Positions 53,420 through 57,367 of a stretch of DNA of 57,367 bases are shown piece by piece. The notes under the pieces were generated by a model that saw nothing but the letters and a program-made list of their open reading frames with translations, did no database searches and had not been told where the DNA came from. Origin of the DNA: Octopus bimaculoides. Its lineage: Eukaryota. Position numbers and translations under genes: made by a program. Position 1 is the first letter of the stretch; each line of letters opens with the position of its first letter. The DNA lies in assembly GCF_001194135.2 (NCBI RefSeq), contig NC_068982.1, forward strand, positions 21,536,883 to 21,594,249, read 5' to 3'.

Positions 53420-54058
53420 TTCTTATTTCTTTACTGCCCACAATAGGCTACACACAGAGGGGACAAACAAAGACAGACAGAGGGATTAAGTCGATTACAT
53501 CGACCCCAGTGCGTAACTGGTACTTAATATATCCACCCCGAAAGGAGGAAAAGCAAAGTTGACCTCTGTGCAATTTGAACCCAGCATTTAACCTGGCATG
53601 CTAACTTTTCTTATTTGTTACTGCCCACAAGGGGCTAAACATAGAGGGGACAAACAAGGATAGACAAAGGGATTAAGTCGATTACATCGACCCCAATGCG
53701 TGACTGGTACTTAATTTATCGACCCTGAAAGGATGAAAGGCAAAGTAGACCGCGGCAGAATTTGAACCCAGAGCGAAAGACAGGCGAAATGCCGCTAAGC
53801 ATTTCGTACAGCCTGATGATGTTTCTTATTTCTTTACTGCCCACAAGGGCTAAACATAGAATGGACAAACAAGGACAGACAGACGGATTAAGTCGATTAA
53901 ATCGATGCCAGTGCGTAACTGGTACTTAATTTATCGACCCCGAAAGGATGAAAGGCAAAGTCGACCTCGGCGAAATTTGAACTCAGAACGTATCAGATGA
54001 GGAAATACCGCTAAACATTTCGCCCGGTGTGCTAACGTTTCTGCCAGCTCACCGCCTT
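53420..54058 (-). mobile_element. Head-to-tail SINE trimer; only the first copy has a complete head
   Basis: Three ~200-240-bp units, each with the tail TTCTTATTT.TTTACTGCCCAC on the plus strand, at ~53423, ~53608 and ~53822; the intact head CTGCCAGCTCACCGCCTT is at 54040-54058. Confidence 0.9.
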
Positions 54059-54699
54059 AAATACGTTCTCCGTAAAATCTTCTTCCGGTAAATGCATCTA
54101 TACTTTTTCGTATTTGCTACGTCTGTGTCTGGAAAATGCAATTATCGGTTAATTTCTTCCTTAGAAACCTTCAACGATTGCAAATATTTGGTCGTCTTTT
54201 GAATAGTCCATACGTAAAACTTTATTATGTAACAGCGGATATATTACTTTAATACAAGAAAGCCATAGCAATGACATGAGGATACTAATGTAAATACTCG
54301 AGGAGGTTTTAACTTGCATCTTGCGTAATTATCCTAATCTAATTATTCCTAATATATGTGCTCACAACAAAAACAAATCCGTTGATTAAGGTTTTAAACG
54401 CTGACGTAAGCAACGAATGTGCGTAACAATGGATTCAATGCCCATGAATGTTTTTTATATCGTTTTATTCGACGTCAAACCCTACTTAATCATCTATGAA
54501 CAAATGGATTTCTGTGAATGATCCGAAGAAAAGAAACAAAAAATAAAACAAATTATTAATTGTATTGATATCGTTAAATAGTAAAAAGAAATTGTTATAA
54601 AGTTTTCTATGTAGCCATTGATATTCTCGGTACTGCATAAAATTGCCTGTAGTATTCATTCTTGCATATCGTGCATTTACAAAATAATTCAAATAATGT

Positions 54700-55640
54700 T
54701 ATAAGAGGCGTATACCTAGATGATGGGTTGAATATTAAACAGAATATGTTTGAGAATATGATTGACCAAATATTAGATATATTAAATAAAAATAAGTCAG
54801 TTAATTATTTAAAAATATAAGCTTGAAAATTGAATAGAAGCAAGTTTATAAAATGTAACTTTTAAATAGACATTAAGATCAAAATTCAAAGAAATTCAAA
54901 CCTGCCCACTATTTTTAAAGTATAAATCGAGCTCAAAATTATCTGTATGCCCTAATTGATTATCTGATGAAATATTAGTATAATGTTCATAGACTTTCCT
55001 TCTACAAAATGTCCCCACTCCGTTACACAAAAGCTTTAAACAAAGCAGGTTTAAAGATAAAATTAGTTACATAAATACCATTTATCGGTCACACTAAAAT
55101 GGAAAGTGCCAAATCATTTAGATCAATGCCAGTTCAGACTCAATTACAGAACAATCATTGTTAAAAATATCTTTAACGTATTAGATAAGCACTTCCCAAA
55201 AATAATGAATATATATATATATATTTTTATTTTTATAGAAATGATGTTAAATTTAGCTTCAACAGTACATAAATTTACAACATAGAAATATCGATAGCAA
55301 AAATTCTAAATTACTATCTACAAAAACTATTTCCGTTTCACGTAACTGCCTTAATGATTCATGACTTTCACAATCGATAATTTATTTTACAAATTTATTT
55401 ACAGCTGATATCTGGTTTTGAATGACCATATTATGCAAACTGTAAATAAATGTAATAGACAATTTAAGTTCTTTGGAGCAACGTTTATCAAAATACATAT
55501 GTACTTTGAAAACTTATATGGTTAAGGACTATAAAAATGTTTTGAATATATTACAAAAGACCATTCCTTATAAATAATGTGACGATCACTATGAAATCTA
55601 TCACACAGAGAAAATTAACACTGTGTTATAAACAATGCTA
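54700..55640 (+). mobile_element. Highly decayed Penelope-like remnant
   Basis: Scattered motifs YLDDG, YTKALNKAG.K, LDKHFPK and RNDVKFS appear in the order expected for Penelope RT and linker, with many stops. Confidence 0.55.
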
Positions 55641-55807
55641 CTTGGACATCCATATATAGCTGATATATTATCATTACGTATCGGCATATTGGTTAGAACG
55701 TTTACCTTTGCCAATCGACTGACAATCATTGAGACTGGTAATGAATTTCATACTTGTTCCATTATAATTAGATATTTCTTTAGCTTAGGTAATACATACT
55801 TTAATAT

Positions 55808-56192
55808 GTTGTTGGCACTCCGTCGCTTACGATGTCGAGGGTTCCAGGTGATCCGATCAACGGAACAGCTTGCTCGTGAAATTAACGTGCAAGCGGCTGA
55901 GAACTCCACAGACAGACACGTGTACCCTTAACGCAGTTCTCGGGAATATTCAGCGTGACACAGTGTGACAAGGCTGACCATTTGAAATACAGGTACAACA
56001 GAAACAGGAAGTAAGAGTGAGAGAAAGTTGTGGTGAAAGAGTACAGCAGGGTTCGTCACCATCCCCTGCCGGAGCCTCGTGGAGCTTTAGGAGTTTTTGC
56101 TCAATAAATATTCACAACGCCCGGTCTGGGAATAGAAACCACGATCCTATGACTGCGAGTCCGCTGCCCTAACCGCTGGGGTATTGCGCCTG
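55808..56192 (-). mobile_element. Full-length tRNA-headed SINE
   Basis: Minus strand GGCGCAATACCCCAGCGGTTAGGGCAGCGGACTCGCAGTCATAGGATCGTGGTTTCTATTCCCAGACC is a tRNA-like head; tail shared with 35045-35200. Confidence 0.85.
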
Positions 56193-57287
56193 AACANNNN
56201 NNNNNNNNNNNNNNNNNNNNNNNNNNNNNNNNNNNNNNNNNNNNNNNNNNNNNNNNNNNNNNNNNNNNNNNNNNNNNNNNNNNNNNNNNNNNNNNNNNNN
56301 NNNNNNNNNNNNNNNNNNNNNNNNNNNNNNNNNNNNNNNNNNNNNNNNNNNNNNNNNNNNNNNNNNNNNNNNNNNNNNNNNATATATATATATATATATA
56401 TATACTCATATACTCTATAATAGGTGGCTGAAAGGTCTAACAAACCTACATAATAAAATGTCAGTTATATACAAAATTGTGACTTGATTGTTTTTATTGA
56501 ATTCATTTTTCTGAATTATTTCATTAATAAATACAAAATTGTTGCAATTACCAGATGGGAACATATGAGGAACCTAACGGCAAACTTACAGCTAGTCAAC
56601 ATCATTGTATCGAGTACTTTACTCTTCTAGATAATATACACATCAATATACTTCCTTCCAATATCTAATATTCAAATGTGTTTGTTAGTGTGTGTACATC
56701 GGTGTCTGTGTGCGTCAGTGTCCGCTGATATAAATGACTATAAATAAAAATTATTTATATAGCTATGTTCTGCATTCATATCGACCAGTCATTTAACACA
56801 TACACCAATAATAGTTATTAATCTCTTCTTTATGCCTTAGTTACCAAATTCTTTCTTCACATTTGTGCAAATTGTTCACTGATCTCTACCGTATCTGTCA
56901 AACAGTAATATCATTAGTTCATAACGTTTTTGTTCTCTCATCACTAATTTTCCTGAAATGTTCTGACCGTTTGATAATCCTCGACATATACGGCTTTGAT
57001 CAATAAACAGGTGACAAGAATAAGATAAAAGTATTTTAGGGCTAAACAAGACAGATGAGGATAGCAATAATAATTTTCACTGTGCGATTTAGTTACTGAC
57101 AAAAATTATTCTTGCTATGCTATCAATGATATGGCAACAATATTTGCTTCAATAAACGTTTGGAAAATCTTTTGGTAAATTATATTGCACGAACGAGCAC
57201 GTACACATACACATGCATGGATGGATGAGTGGATAGATAGATTAATACATAGATAGATAGATAGGTAGATAGATAGATAGATAGATA

Positions 57288-57367
57288 TCTTTATATTATA
57301 GCCACACAGGGCTAAATACAGAAAATAGACAAATTACAAAGTAGAGCTTTTCTTGTGGGGGGGGGGG
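57288..57367 (-). mobile_element. Second copy of the (GATA)n-associated 3' end (runs off the window)
   Basis: TAGCCACACAGGGCT...ACAAAT.ACAA.GTAGAGCTTTTCTT matches 5883-5936 and is directly preceded by (GATA)n. Confidence 0.75.

Noticed and set aside
55808-56192. tRNA-like sequence at 56125-56190 as a tRNA gene
   Set aside because: It continues into a SINE body and tail, with degenerate stems and B-box; a SINE head.

Overview
AT-rich eukaryotic genomic DNA from a gappy short-read assembly, with 8 N-gaps (1119-1633, 4263-4461, 5978-6391, 8948-9576, 12644-12797, 33643-33768, 51350-51552, 56197-56381), most bordered by (TA)n on at least one side. The dense microsatellites and tRNA-headed SINE families match my recollection of coleoid cephalopod, probably Octopus, repeats; this is recognition, not a database result. 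I can identify no host protein-coding gene, RNA gene or CRISPR array. The ORF track consists almost entirely of microsatellite translations, gap read-throughs or decayed transposon ORFs. Supported content: R4/Dong-like RLE LINE fragments, Tx1/L1-like, CR1/L2-like and Penelope remnants, several mariner/Tc1 remnants, hAT and Tigger/pogo MITEs with TSDs, and many SINEs. The most interesting structure is organisational. (1) Retroelements partition among microsatellites: RLE elements lie in (AAT)n and a Tx1-like family lies in (GATA)n. (2) One SINE forms head-truncated tandem arrays joined at the same GAAAC microhomology. (3) An unclassified 1.7-kb element has ~357-bp inverted repeats. (4) A three-arm direct-plus-inverted fold-back repeat is present. 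A few splice-flanked exon candidates are listed at low confidence. I found no convincing novel protein-coding system.
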